Source: Candidatus Altimarinota bacterium
GTDB lineage: Bacteria; Patescibacteriota; Gracilibacteria; 1-14-2-50-48-13
Direction: 5' to 3'
DNA: 64,000 nt
NCBI GenBank assembly: GCA_046314355.1
Contig: JBKBWQ010000001.1
Location: 480,001 to 544,000, forward strand
The position numbers and the translations under genes are program-made. The notes under the pieces are model-generated. The model was not told the origin of the DNA. It saw nothing but the letters and a program-made list of their open reading frames with translations, and searched no databases. Below are positions 26,401-31,808 of this stretch, one piece after another (position 1 is the stretch's first letter; each line of letters opens with the position of its first letter).

Positions 26401-29400
26401 TAGTCAAAGAAGATATCTTTTAAAGTATTCTTGCCATTAGCAGCTCCTCCTTGAAGACTAGTTTGAGCAACGTAGTCATTAAGATATTGCTGAAAATGTC
26501 TGGCTATTTTTCTTGTCTCTAGAGTTATTTCTGTAATAGTCTTATCCACTGTACTTCGAGAATCTTCAGTCACATACGCAAAGCGTTTTTCCTTCTCAAA
26601 AACATTAAACCAGTCAAGATATGGGAATCTTAGATGTTCATAGTATTCAGTCCATTTTTTAATCACTGCTTTGTATGTAGTCTTCATAATACTATTTCCA
26701 TCCGCATCTGTTGATGGGGTTTGTTCACCTACACTTCCCCACTGTGGTATCGGATCATAGTGGAACATATCCACATAACGAGGACTGTCGACAGGTAGAT
26801 CAAAGGAAGTGGAGTTTTTAAGTTGTTTTGCAATAGTCTCATTTGTCGGCTCCTTATGTTTGATGATACTGACAATCGATTCCTTCTTATCAAGACCTAG
26901 TTTTTCTTCGCCGTTTGGAACCTGCTTCATTGTTCCTACATAGTTCGTAGTAACTATAGGGTCAGCACCTTTTGTTACGATGAGCCATTCTCTCTTATCT
27001 GGCACTAAAGCTGGTGGAAGTTGTTCTCTGGCACCATAATGCCCTTCAATATAAGCAGAAGAAGTATTCTGTAATCTGTTTACATCTGTAACAAGCATTT
27101 TTCTTACAGCCTCCTGAGCAGCACTAAGCGGCATACCATAATCAGCATACAAAAGACATGCCTGATAGCTTGTCTCAGCTTTTACTTCCTCCTCTACAGG
27201 AGTAATACTATATCTATTTTGAGCTTTTATCTGGTCTCGGTAAGGTGCAACATCTTGTCCTTTTGTAGATTGAGTCTCGATACCATTCTGAGGTGCAGAG
27301 TCAAATACTGAACCTGAGAAGAAAGCTCTTACCTTTTGGGAAAGTAGAGACAGATACTGAGATTTGAAATTCGCTTCAATGGATCCAAGATTTATATTGA
27401 TTGCAATAAGAGCAGCTGCCAGATCCTTAGCATTCATTTTGCTATTTGTTGATCCCGCAAATTTTTCTGCTGTTATCTGCATCTGTGGTGCCATAACGCC
27501 ATCTGAACTTGATGGACCCATGATAAAATTCTGCGGTACAGGAGTAGTTCGGTTCTCTCTTGTAATCACCTTAGTTGCCTTTAGAGGCTCATAAGATGGA
27601 GATTCGACACTCTTCGAACCAGCAGTATCTTTGATAGGTACAAGTGCCTTCATAGGCTGACAATCATGTTTTTTATTTGCATCATCCTCAGGATCAAATT
27701 TTGACTGACTAACAGCAAGCTGCACAATAGAAAGAAGCATATTGTATTTTGACTCTTCTGCAGATTCAGGGAGAGTTCTATATACTGCAACCAGCTTATC
27801 TAAAGGATCACTAGATTTCGGATCAGGATTATATCCAGGCTTTTGAATAGCATCCAGTGCAGCAGCAGCAACAGCAAAATCTAAAAATTCTTCAAAAGTT
27901 TTTACCTTCTCTTCCGGATTTTCCACCTTTCTTAATATTGCCACTACACGGTCTATTTCATTTCCACTTTCCCAACGTACATCCGCAGGTGCAGTCTTCA
28001 TACGTAAAAGAATACCTTGCTGGAGTCCACCTTTTTCAAGTTTATCAGCCTGACCGAGACTTAAGAAACCCTTAATAAATCCTCCGATTTTATTTGTAAG
28101 AGCTGTCTTTTGTCCACGTACTGCTTCAATAGTAGCAGTGAGCATTCCCTTTTCAACACTTGCATCTGGAGGAACAGCATCTCCATCATCTGTAAACTTC
28201 AAATTTGGAGCCGTACAGTCTCCAAAATATCCAGATTTATAACCTCCAGAGTTTTTTCCTAAACCTAAACCTGTATTATCAGGATAAAGAGTCTCATAGT
28301 ACTCTGCCTCAGGACGTTTTTTCAGTTCAGAACCGTCATCTTTTCCATACTCCATATATGCATCAGAGGCAATATTATAGAGCTTGTTTGCTTCTACGGT
28401 CTGTGCGGTCGTCTGAGGGAGTCTTTTTGCATATTCTATAAAATCTTTTAAACGAGCAGCATCACCTCTTTCACCAGAAGACATATATTGCTCCCAACTA
28501 AGTATCTCTGCAGGAATATCACTTTTTCTCTGTGTGTCTGCATTCTTAATGGCATTGTCACGTGAATTTTGCGCAGGAGTAGTATCTCCCTTAGCACAGG
28601 CAACTGATCTATCATAGTTGAGCATTGCCCGAGCTCGAGCTATTTCATATTTAGCATTTGCTACATCGTTGGCTTGCTCTACAGGATTTACAGAGACATT
28701 ATAAAATTTTAACCACTGATTTTCTGATTCCAATTTCTTTTCATCTTTTTGTATCTCTTTTTCACGTATATCCCAATTATGTCTTTGTGAATTACTCGGA
28801 CACGGAGGAGGATTACCAGTGCTATCTTTTACAGGGGTAGCCTTCATAGTATCGATTTGTACCTGCAAAGGCGTAATATCAAATGCGACTTGTGCATCCA
28901 CTTTTTCATTTCTCCATCCTGAACCACCGGGTCGTCCTTCATAAATCGGATCATTCCATCCTTCCACACTTGGATCTCCTACAGATTCTTCACCTCGTAC
29001 AAATAGTCCGCCTTCCGGAGCACCACCTACGAATATGGTACAATCTTCAGCCGTAAACGGTTTATTAACAAGATGCAGTACTGCCTTCCGGTATGGCTTA
29101 TAAGTAGAATTTTCAATTGTTTCTCCACTTATTTTTCCTGACCACACCGTGTCCCAGATAGCCCTTAATTCAAAAAATGGAACTGGCGCTTTTATATCAT
29201 CTACGTACTCAATATATTTTTCCTGAGTTGCATTTGGATTATAATATACCGTAGGCTCAGTCCGGCTGCCACCTTTTATTGATCCGCCAAAGTATCCACT
29301 ATATCCTTGAAGTTTATAATCAGCCTTTGCGTCTCCTTCAATATGCACTTTTACCTCATCAAAATCCTGACCTGTAAAAGGTATATATCTGTTTCTCGAT

Positions 29401-31097
29401 GCATCTTTCAGATCTTTAGCACTTGTATCAATCTTATCTTTCGTAAAGGCAATCTTGCTTGTACCGACATTACCAAGGTAGTTATTGCTCCACTCAGGAC
29501 TTGGATCCACATCAATATACGGATGAGGTCTCGTTGCTCTTATGGTTTTGAGAAATTTACCAAAATAGTTTACTTCTCCACTTGGTATATCGATCATCAG
29601 ATTCTTATCATTCTGATATTTATCAAGCATCTGGTCCATGACTTTCTCCATACTATCATTTACGGAGCGAATATTCTTCTGTGCATCCTGGTCAAGCTGA
29701 GCAATGATCTTGAAGAGACTTGTACCATCAGCTCCCTTTAGCTGACCAAAGAAATCCCATCTTCCGCTGCCATTAAAGTATGCGGCATAACTATTTGTAA
29801 GAAAACCAAATACGTCAGTGGATCTGCTCAAAAACTTTTCAATAGGATCCTTTGTAAAAATATCCGGAATAAGATTCTGCGTATTCCCCTCTGAATCTTC
29901 GAATTTTCCTGAAAGATCCTTTGCAGTAGCAAATACATCTTTTTTTGTAGGATCGCTGTCTTTAATATTTGCATTATCAGTCGGAACTTTTCCAGTGTCC
30001 TGAAGCTTTTGCTTTGTTTTAGGGTAAAATTTATCCGTAAGTTCAGTAAGCCATTTTTTTGTATATCTCATATATGAGATATTGTCCCAGTTCTCTATAA
30101 ATTCCTGATACCCCTGCAGAGAGCTCTGTGTCACCTGTCCAAGTTCTCTAAAGAGATCCATCTGGATGGCTTTTTTACTAAACTCACTGTATTCCCCGCC
30201 AATATAGTAGGAGTGATTTTTATCAAAATAAGTAGCTAGTTCTTTTCTCTGTGCATCCATGAACTCACCCCGCATTTTTTCGAGTACCTTATTGTACTCT
30301 GTATTTGTTGTGTCCTTCATCTTTGCATCAGAAAGCTCCTCTGAATGCTTAGTATCTAGTACATACTGCTGCCAGCTCACAGGATATCGTATTACTCCAT
30401 GCCATACTTCAGCCTTCAGAGCACCAGAGAGTTCATTATAAATAAACTGATCTCTTTCATGGTCATAATAATATGCAGGATCTTCAAAATCCGTATATGG
30501 ATATACACTTAAAAATGTTCTTGTATCCTTTGTCACAAGAGGCAAAGGAATATCTCCGATCATTACCACTCCCTGCAGTTTCGCAATTTTGTTATCCGTG
30601 ATATCTCCTTCCGTATAGAGTCTATCTAGTACTTCCTGGATCCTCCATGGTTTCTCAGGATTATCCATAGAAGGAACTGGCACGATCATTACTTTCGTAT
30701 TCTGAAGTTGACGCTGAATATCATCAGCGTACCTCAGGATTCTTCCTCCAACAGTCTTTGGAAGATTATTGGCGATGTTTGTAACTCCAAGAGTATTCAA
30801 ATCAGAGGAAAGTGAGCCATCAGCAAGAATACGGCTGATATCTGCATTCATAGTTCCTGCAGTAGTATCGCCTGTAAGTCCTCCATCTTCCTTTGCATCC
30901 TTTAGAAGTTCCTCAGCTACCAGGATAGTCACAAGTCCCATAGTATCCCGGGTAGCCTCTGCGGCTTCTACAATAGGATCAAGAATAATGACTTGAGACA
31001 GCATGATCGTAGTGATCAATATGCTTGAGACTGTTCTTTTATATATATATGGGAAAACCTGCATAGAAAGTTCAGAAACCTGAGAGAATTTTGTCAT
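11460..31097 (-). CDS. Giant 6545-aa secreted multidomain protein (C25-like N-domain, Ig-like domains, FG-GAP/VCBS repeats, DUF11-like domain, Cys-rich, helical and Pro-rich regions)
   Basis: 19.6-kb uninterrupted ORF with an N-terminal signal-like segment (KRTVSSILITTIMLSQVIILDPIVEA). It carries Ca-binding DxDxDG loops (FDIDSDGRKDILF, GDFDGNGTDDLFA, EDLNGDGQRDIVY, DKDEDGIPDLWD) and a DUF11-like segment (VSKRGTDLNGNKIRKGDKIKYEI...LADRTP...LRITYQMEV). No obvious C-terminal TM. Confidence 0.85.
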   Translation of the reverse strand: MTKFSQVSELSMQVFPYIYKRTVSSILITTIMLSQVIILDPIVEAAEATRDTMGLVTILVAEELLKDAKEDGGLTGDTTAGTMNADISRILADGSLSSDLNTLGVTNIANNLPKTVGGRILRYADDIQRQLQNTKVMIVPVPSMDNPEKPWRIQEVLDRLYTEGDITDNKIAKLQGVVMIGDIPLPLVTKDTRTFLSVYPYTDFEDPAYYYDHERDQFIYNELSGALKAEVWHGVIRYPVSWQQYVLDTKHSEELSDAKMKDTTNTEYNKVLEKMRGEFMDAQRKELATYFDKNHSYYIGGEYSEFSKKAIQMDLFRELGQVTQSSLQGYQEFIENWDNISYMRYTKKWLTELTDKFYPKTKQKLQDTGKVPTDNANIKDSDPTKKDVFATAKDLSGKFEDSEGNTQNLIPDIFTKDPIEKFLSRSTDVFGFLTNSYAAYFNGSGRWDFFGQLKGADGTSLFKIIAQLDQDAQKNIRSVNDSMEKVMDQMLDKYQNDKNLMIDIPSGEVNYFGKFLKTIRATRPHPYIDVDPSPEWSNNYLGNVGTSKIAFTKDKIDTSAKDLKDASRNRYIPFTGQDFDEVKVHIEGDAKADYKLQGYSGYFGGSIKGGSRTEPTVYYNPNATQEKYIEYVDDIKAPVPFFELRAIWDTVWSGKISGETIENSTYKPYRKAVLHLVNKPFTAEDCTIFVGGAPEGGLFVRGEESVGDPSVEGWNDPIYEGRPGGSGWRNEKVDAQVAFDITPLQVQIDTMKATPVKDSTGNPPPCPSNSQRHNWDIREKEIQKDEKKLESENQWLKFYNVSVNPVEQANDVANAKYEIARARAMLNYDRSVACAKGDTTPAQNSRDNAIKNADTQRKSDIPAEILSWEQYMSSGERGDAARLKDFIEYAKRLPQTTAQTVEANKLYNIASDAYMEYGKDDGSELKKRPEAEYYETLYPDNTGLGLGKNSGGYKSGYFGDCTAPNLKFTDDGDAVPPDASVEKGMLTATIEAVRGQKTALTNKIGGFIKGFLSLGQADKLEKGGLQQGILLRMKTAPADVRWESGNEIDRVVAILRKVENPEEKVKTFEEFLDFAVAAAALDAIQKPGYNPDPKSSDPLDKLVAVYRTLPESAEESKYNMLLSIVQLAVSQSKFDPEDDANKKHDCQPMKALVPIKDTAGSKSVESPSYEPLKATKVITRENRTTPVPQNFIMGPSSSDGVMAPQMQITAEKFAGSTNSKMNAKDLAAALIAININLGSIEANFKSQYLSLLSQKVRAFFSGSVFDSAPQNGIETQSTKGQDVAPYRDQIKAQNRYSITPVEEEVKAETSYQACLLYADYGMPLSAAQEAVRKMLVTDVNRLQNTSSAYIEGHYGAREQLPPALVPDKREWLIVTKGADPIVTTNYVGTMKQVPNGEEKLGLDKKESIVSIIKHKEPTNETIAKQLKNSTSFDLPVDSPRYVDMFHYDPIPQWGSVGEQTPSTDADGNSIMKTTYKAVIKKWTEYYEHLRFPYLDWFNVFEKEKRFAYVTEDSRSTVDKTITEITLETRKIARHFQQYLNDYVAQTSLQGGAANGKNTLKDIFFDYDKALKESEIVKDITDDKKKVSVAEQRLSFAIYWQHLPLSEKYKYVLHNYLSSDKSLSQGDTPKVVPSYFGDKTGFEAGTIIADSAFPHAVPLGLENLTYTKEQKPQITMPDPIAVKVEDPNDIVTSCKKGSSYNQTGVPLFEWPGAIINCWLPSITPPITFPNNNEKYETFAKRISEAGQDVVTRGSNLLDDFKKFENSVKAFGETAGKVAESVGNTFQDIDGDGLPMVGAPSDNNVFLSDSKTRVITNGTAQIIDGSNGFKDVQDYVDKVTFKVSGKDNIKKTILSTKSIEPLKVQAQLRTRDGQILEGNSFDYIQIELDEQANRMVTMSSAEKIQKAEKGSATFNIFPTFGANGIEGKVRFHVVRQKTSNSDQPFERLTPDLVSDWLTLKSTSDSLSVAYLYSPTKDNGKKSFSEGAIFTTDDKIHTLSIAAVDTNGNILEKKAGKVSIEYKKENTDTGEFEPYNDTKLTSRINIGKNAVPLSIPSEAGKYLVEITPEDALELPPVKTTFLVVESKIASVDMKVNPSVLIEGGTTHITLSFLDSQKKEVPISDQLAQFVIPTNPAIPLNIQSGDKLDGYPGNKTTTENPIDFMVGKVNQITMTAGEMPEGAPDFVDIIPLRLQISDTIKKSASLRVYKKGSLQAKATIRNAKPSYSVTEDAPITADIAITDKSGSAVPYNGTIRISYADQGYFEKVEETIEIKDGKGVVTFTPSHKAGETNITVTDQQESFSPQNITLKFTAGPLSKVHFTSQVERPLEPKTEDSKLGKNLTEMMLEYQGEDAYGNVIETNDPVLFELSPFEGLDFYDVKSDGSDGEKLTVFPSGSKKFYGQTLTNGKARVKVKSTMFTGEVTIVLSGQAKDTISKDSVRIPVRFTLYKEFIQRLRPNILYTNLLGGNYGDVTKKDFMAGWWLLSGKSQAVTASTISSHEDPVSVRVQPNGAIDIPQGDGVSTNKAVVPIYNQGEPFQLEIREQDTNKALMRVRYNIAPLPVKEITSESQIQTVPGIYLRKSANTKISRNDASKQSVITYDGKELGVLGDNLQFLPTGLPPEIDVNTDRKDLLEMTMKTPDGTDVMDMYVVLAQENIYETSKGFKSDIEAAKSKKESQNYEAQASTGKTGIQFSESLKKTTEILASKNIITPVEDKDRYVNKVIVSRSELDQYKGGTFLEASTSPLYTILGGNVVLAGVDTILNPNNVPASIAAANTAANQKSQPVIKVQASSGGILSTYALQDLNRSNKTRDLISMQQIFRAKNIKVGILSNTVEPGLFADMQFANSVKIPEKVDTDVLADRIRIKKTFVTIIPESKNGEVIIPARTESETVTAAEIYPDGSYLINDIRFDVKRSFAANVVKYSIVEKSSNKILGNSVLVLDPSSLRVLPYSEGTSLLYSSKEQGVYIEIKDTGSSFDEVTREIKKANDLILSLLPEHFLEVVQPSYVLTVKDPTQTNLNTKNPLVLQLRNTSSVLIADLYIQLAESPLEFTASTQDAVPAEELKGTVSTTLPVEETAGEVRIKNTDGSVLWAFEESTFENRILPPASWNIVPEQVGPDMNVYSLRQGTTVMAKVSFKLSARFTGNKEVTNIAYKAPGTYLKKIDPYVVWNRDVAGAITGFNLKEFNAAFSVAKPPEFVAKVLELTSRNLYSASYKYQENHSQMNLVLSDKSNLSQKKTLLELQGSYSPQVLPMKLYNGENTTGIYFAGNEVKNAVLAEGYTLERRIDGQDRVYWKVKRNEEGNISEEKNIAKVTRDGSVVLNDAAYSWKISYTQGNYSASLYEKSTGTLLDSISILLKPGTITRVLPYKNEEISLYNPSYQGVYADILDSNYYLDQNAFSIRKKNVNLDEIVSFKKDTFFIINANQNFNLVPETNELTQTGKILPPILGLVDNATAQKVANIYMSLNENAPQISIKQDPAQTERSAKENRTAVLSTFSNTISVKDNDTELQIIQKTDALEQVLWTISKQDVSQGTLTENLADIKVSALSQNGLYLTLLPKGETDETKAFAVLSYKNDNRYTPLRYIGKNTIGEAIQRPGVYIRVADPLVSLSADPVLFTQSVYFGYDEAFVLGANGVLQSKNPNIFTINTALTQPLPSTALYLSMNAFNVDIAHEFYKFSNLAFSTTKIPERLTVKGTDAILPSSGNVLTLINHKEWGSLQKGVEIITDTLGHVVSAALDGTPVAQWTSTLAPTLLEKTKLSYDPSIVKGMGFTLLKENGEKLLTYIITPNFVEKATLTTTTSGTTESTSVSTDPVRAAAQIADKTFTDTQEALTLLDGHGVFVEKRVNDNWFSIGYEATGESTNNPYALVLKDQTLSTSKTATAGNTGIGVEDALTDSGSGAGWTGDFKNMLLFAAGNSVGKSTLPHMSEALINIGDPVISLKIEPTDNRTNDMFTNDVGEFIMEHAHAGINTIKVFDIDSDGRKDILFAEKTGKIFGIKNMGGNPVMWKYTGEIFDVPDGIKKLLVTKLDNDDKLDLMVSTGKDNIIATRNESNTAMSYADGSIVSLINLGNGMYQRGVNAIKELGKVDDMQMGDFDGNGTDDLFAITDKKELKVVLIAPTLPDGSKTPYKVITLDTLGVNMSNRELGAEDVYIRFQNTKLYDQSEAPKAMPTSPDVVFVPNIEGQGVTNANSFSNEDPGKKGYESFLSGTQGTFSSVDGLRNQMVKMLVSSEQPYIRSGGAKTAALDDILFRLKKTDPFAFMNEGIIGVLNPVNNIQQAIITNEITSTPTQFAVSKRGTDLNGNKIRKGDKIKYEIAASTTLPEIKGFDLADRTPLSMDLLPGSITCELQENGKTAWKVLSLADECTLSGIGGGNLFSLYFKNLSLKNGDKLRITYQMEVAEEPVEYHLNLLGYRDAAAAMAATAGININSGLSAIGADLAIGDKAKRMGANITSDTFGGKGSFYYRYQESNPLFEKQFIKDKTQKPGEGNPIMDQLAKLMGYEYDDDGNLIQKDPDKKPDENAVKDFAKGLGKTLQTATSTDKDEDGIPDLWDNEIVVKPEYKNAAVVKAGDIDIAGAVTGGVSQLAQGASTALDQVNKRLSENNCYFGGCGLFPKNKAFLVPGKSELFEGPDIPVFAFPTPTGLVPVWPPDGTYFNSKSLSQIRVYFSVTLSARMAMAVCVGPFDFGMADTSALVGVVTPLPNANCYPFILPDVFDLVKLCQSLESALTGVVTAATEMIGGGAYAAARVKKRGIAEAGAEPDGAFIAYHYEFNDPALTPSYMEQFATLAKNSSAPNTSYNKHAGGFPKIPMDWVERQMEELLKLLKIPTIYIRLPDPRSLIGNVIKGAATMSENALKPDPTAAEKAALEAKTKNDTRATLESKAKSLGIVDENVPDGALKTLVLNEEKKDALQEVNSMDLATLRRRAAELNISGSTTLKEDALRTQVINKTYIEVETEINAKNRANLLTIAKEELLLLSSSATDDQIRSMIAAKEQQAIAATRERCLARMDQKAQTRTDTNNQTVQNIDDLISKTAEGLSSAKDYVNTTLNNVQGDINCEGDFIGQQMQNVLQDASWYTELSGQVSDPSLVNSFLMKQKGIGDALDFLSKIPLVNITHEEVVFEYPWIAPEKFFEIKQNIQYAMDQSIENFQNFYKANADCFFDDPKAYNTISEPNFSIIPRMQASGTPRVPTIDTNGSVSTGADISIRCLAVARVGSDAWVNIQGLQKNLERLNQYANIQVKFKKYVQWKSYTVGRLVETTTGVIDFLSGYITRQQKIINNWKKAIYQIKNYSKTFQIVVDVFQNYRNSCADCVNDKGSALASTLDALGNIIPDIPVIRVPRWPDIVVDFSNVRAQMRITIPDIKLRPVDFQIPKLSPITFPNISLESSISQQDLSLMMKNGINVRFPVLPALPDLPDLPEFPQLDLPKLADLPPPPIIPKLDATITTTIQILDKILQNICLVRKNLIPIPEWQLASQIEKLTRGTTLFKIKENKSSDIVLPGIDQIKISGYINLVNKKPYTALTDLVKTTAEQWNKMVTGNVQSFVSGIVTTASEATSKVLSDAAASFKDEDGRSALDRLSQGINSAVETTNGALSSARNSVQQVSDDLADTMSNSIQISDTGSTGDAIAETLNEDQLKENMQVAAVMQSPDVQNLFVQMDALKSLMENVSTADGISFDNYIPSLKAQIELLKTSGDTLGEARHIAIEKIENIIALAEKEGKALEVDEPVSSDSFQGIRNWKATRNNLETLHKDLEQAQYSINNMSSVNTMEDFRSVLADAGMLADSFANTITASTDLSLQTPEERNNEQQKNLEVILQNAAAIVPIDYREMMAPEIEESQKVISDTYDIPEAGVRTSDITPITASTSDGTLIAAATTTSSSTTTTASTAKEDTPPDPSSSETASNLLVQLTDLPGSFVPIMNYSGGNDEDSGLDSAEDLNGDGQRDIVYYQGRDISIKYNVLSQAQGSNLGSAKAMYTGPKRIYTKTINSLLPATPRVQNFRVLGQNARQAIISLMPQTRGDSSLAKPSVYAIRFHRTPDAWLTDSLVSKDAVQNNYVEYYIYASPESSYTLDASRVPALSEELKVADQVKKEQLKSEELGTPVERVIVVKKASQMQAILSFQKSGVPYSTTIAPYNPETKAYGTFTTPILLHPQREQDTVSPNITLEKGAYMTVPTELKDGLEIKAYASDPSEIATMYWDKDTDSDSDKDGDATNDKDVVCSDPKNPAIASCKVSKTKNNTYVVNAPVFKISPFAADQVGKKFYMRLHAVDTVGNMAVQDLTIEPRTTNIVIDSYDSENGIVEGHIDPPSEGLELRVMRMKSETGSTTKNISELPLPQSIKTGVNGTFRIEGILAKESLGILGSTNVQVAEVTKAGKIQVNDTYEGKTLDVLVKQGSTYVRKLFSTTTLKTSTTVKSTDASLGSSFLTKQGDVPTDQVHLQVYDKNKVRLQVNGEVQTVQILQENEWKNLYEFTKKNDTLVMNEGSAYDADMIGGETIIKNGMYVSMLLITVEGVQAGLLSIPLGQDNQMFDVKGK

Positions 31098-31235
31098 AAA
31101 ATTATAGCATAAATCTTGCGCCTGGTGCTACTTGAATCCATTGACAAAACAGATATTTCACAGAAGGCTTCTTTGCTTTTTTTTCAAAAAACTCTATACT
31201 CTTTTCTGTATGTATTTTTCACTTTTGTTTTTTCT

Positions 31236-31772
31236 ATGTCAGACTCACAAGAAAATATTACTCAGTCCCAGCAAGACGATTCACAAAATACGGATGCGGG
31301 AAGTGCACAGGATCTTTCTTTAGAAGAAATTCTAGCTCAAAAAGAAGCAGAAATCAAAGATCTTCAGGAGAAACTCCTGAGATCCCAAGCAGATTTCATG
31401 AATTTGAAGCAGCGTTCAGAAAAAGAAAAGATGGAGCTTTTATCCTTTGCAAACGAAAGATTTGCCAAAGGTCTTATTAGCGCTCTAGATACCTTCACAC
31501 AAGGTATTCAGCATCTTCCTGAAGAATTAAAAGATAACTCCTGGGTACTCGGAATCATTCAATTTGATAAAAATATCCGGAAATTTCTAGAGGATAGTAA
31601 CGTCACAAGAATGGCTATCGTACCAGAACTTACCAGCTTTGATCCAAACATGCATGAGGCAGTTGCTCAGGAAGCGGGAGATACAGCCGAAATTATTCTT
31701 GAAGTATATCAGGATGGATATATGTATCACGATAAAGTACTGAGACCAGCAAAAGTAAAAGTATCAGTGTAG
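31236..31772 (+). CDS. grpE: Nucleotide exchange factor GrpE
   Basis: LLRSQADFMNLKQR, FDPNMHEAV and GYMYHDKVLRPAKVKV motifs; acidic N-terminus from the ATG at 31236. Confidence 0.95.
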   Translation: MSDSQENITQSQQDDSQNTDAGSAQDLSLEEILAQKEAEIKDLQEKLLRSQADFMNLKQRSEKEKMELLSFANERFAKGLISALDTFTQGIQHLPEELKDNSWVLGIIQFDKNIRKFLEDSNVTRMAIVPELTSFDPNMHEAVAQEAGDTAEIILEVYQDGYMYHDKVLRPAKVKVSV

Positions 31773-31780
31773 GCTCCTAT

Positions 31781-31808
31781 ACCTCTGCAGAAATGCAGAG
31801 GTTTTTTT
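31781..31808 (+). terminator. Rho-independent terminator of grpE
   Basis: ACCTCTGCA-GAAA-TGCAGAGGT followed by a T run. Confidence 0.85.

Noticed and set aside
11950-30996. Dozens of 60-180 aa ORFs overlapping the giant gene
   Set aside because: They are antisense or alternative-frame ORFs with no recognisable motifs, as expected opposite a long coding strand.
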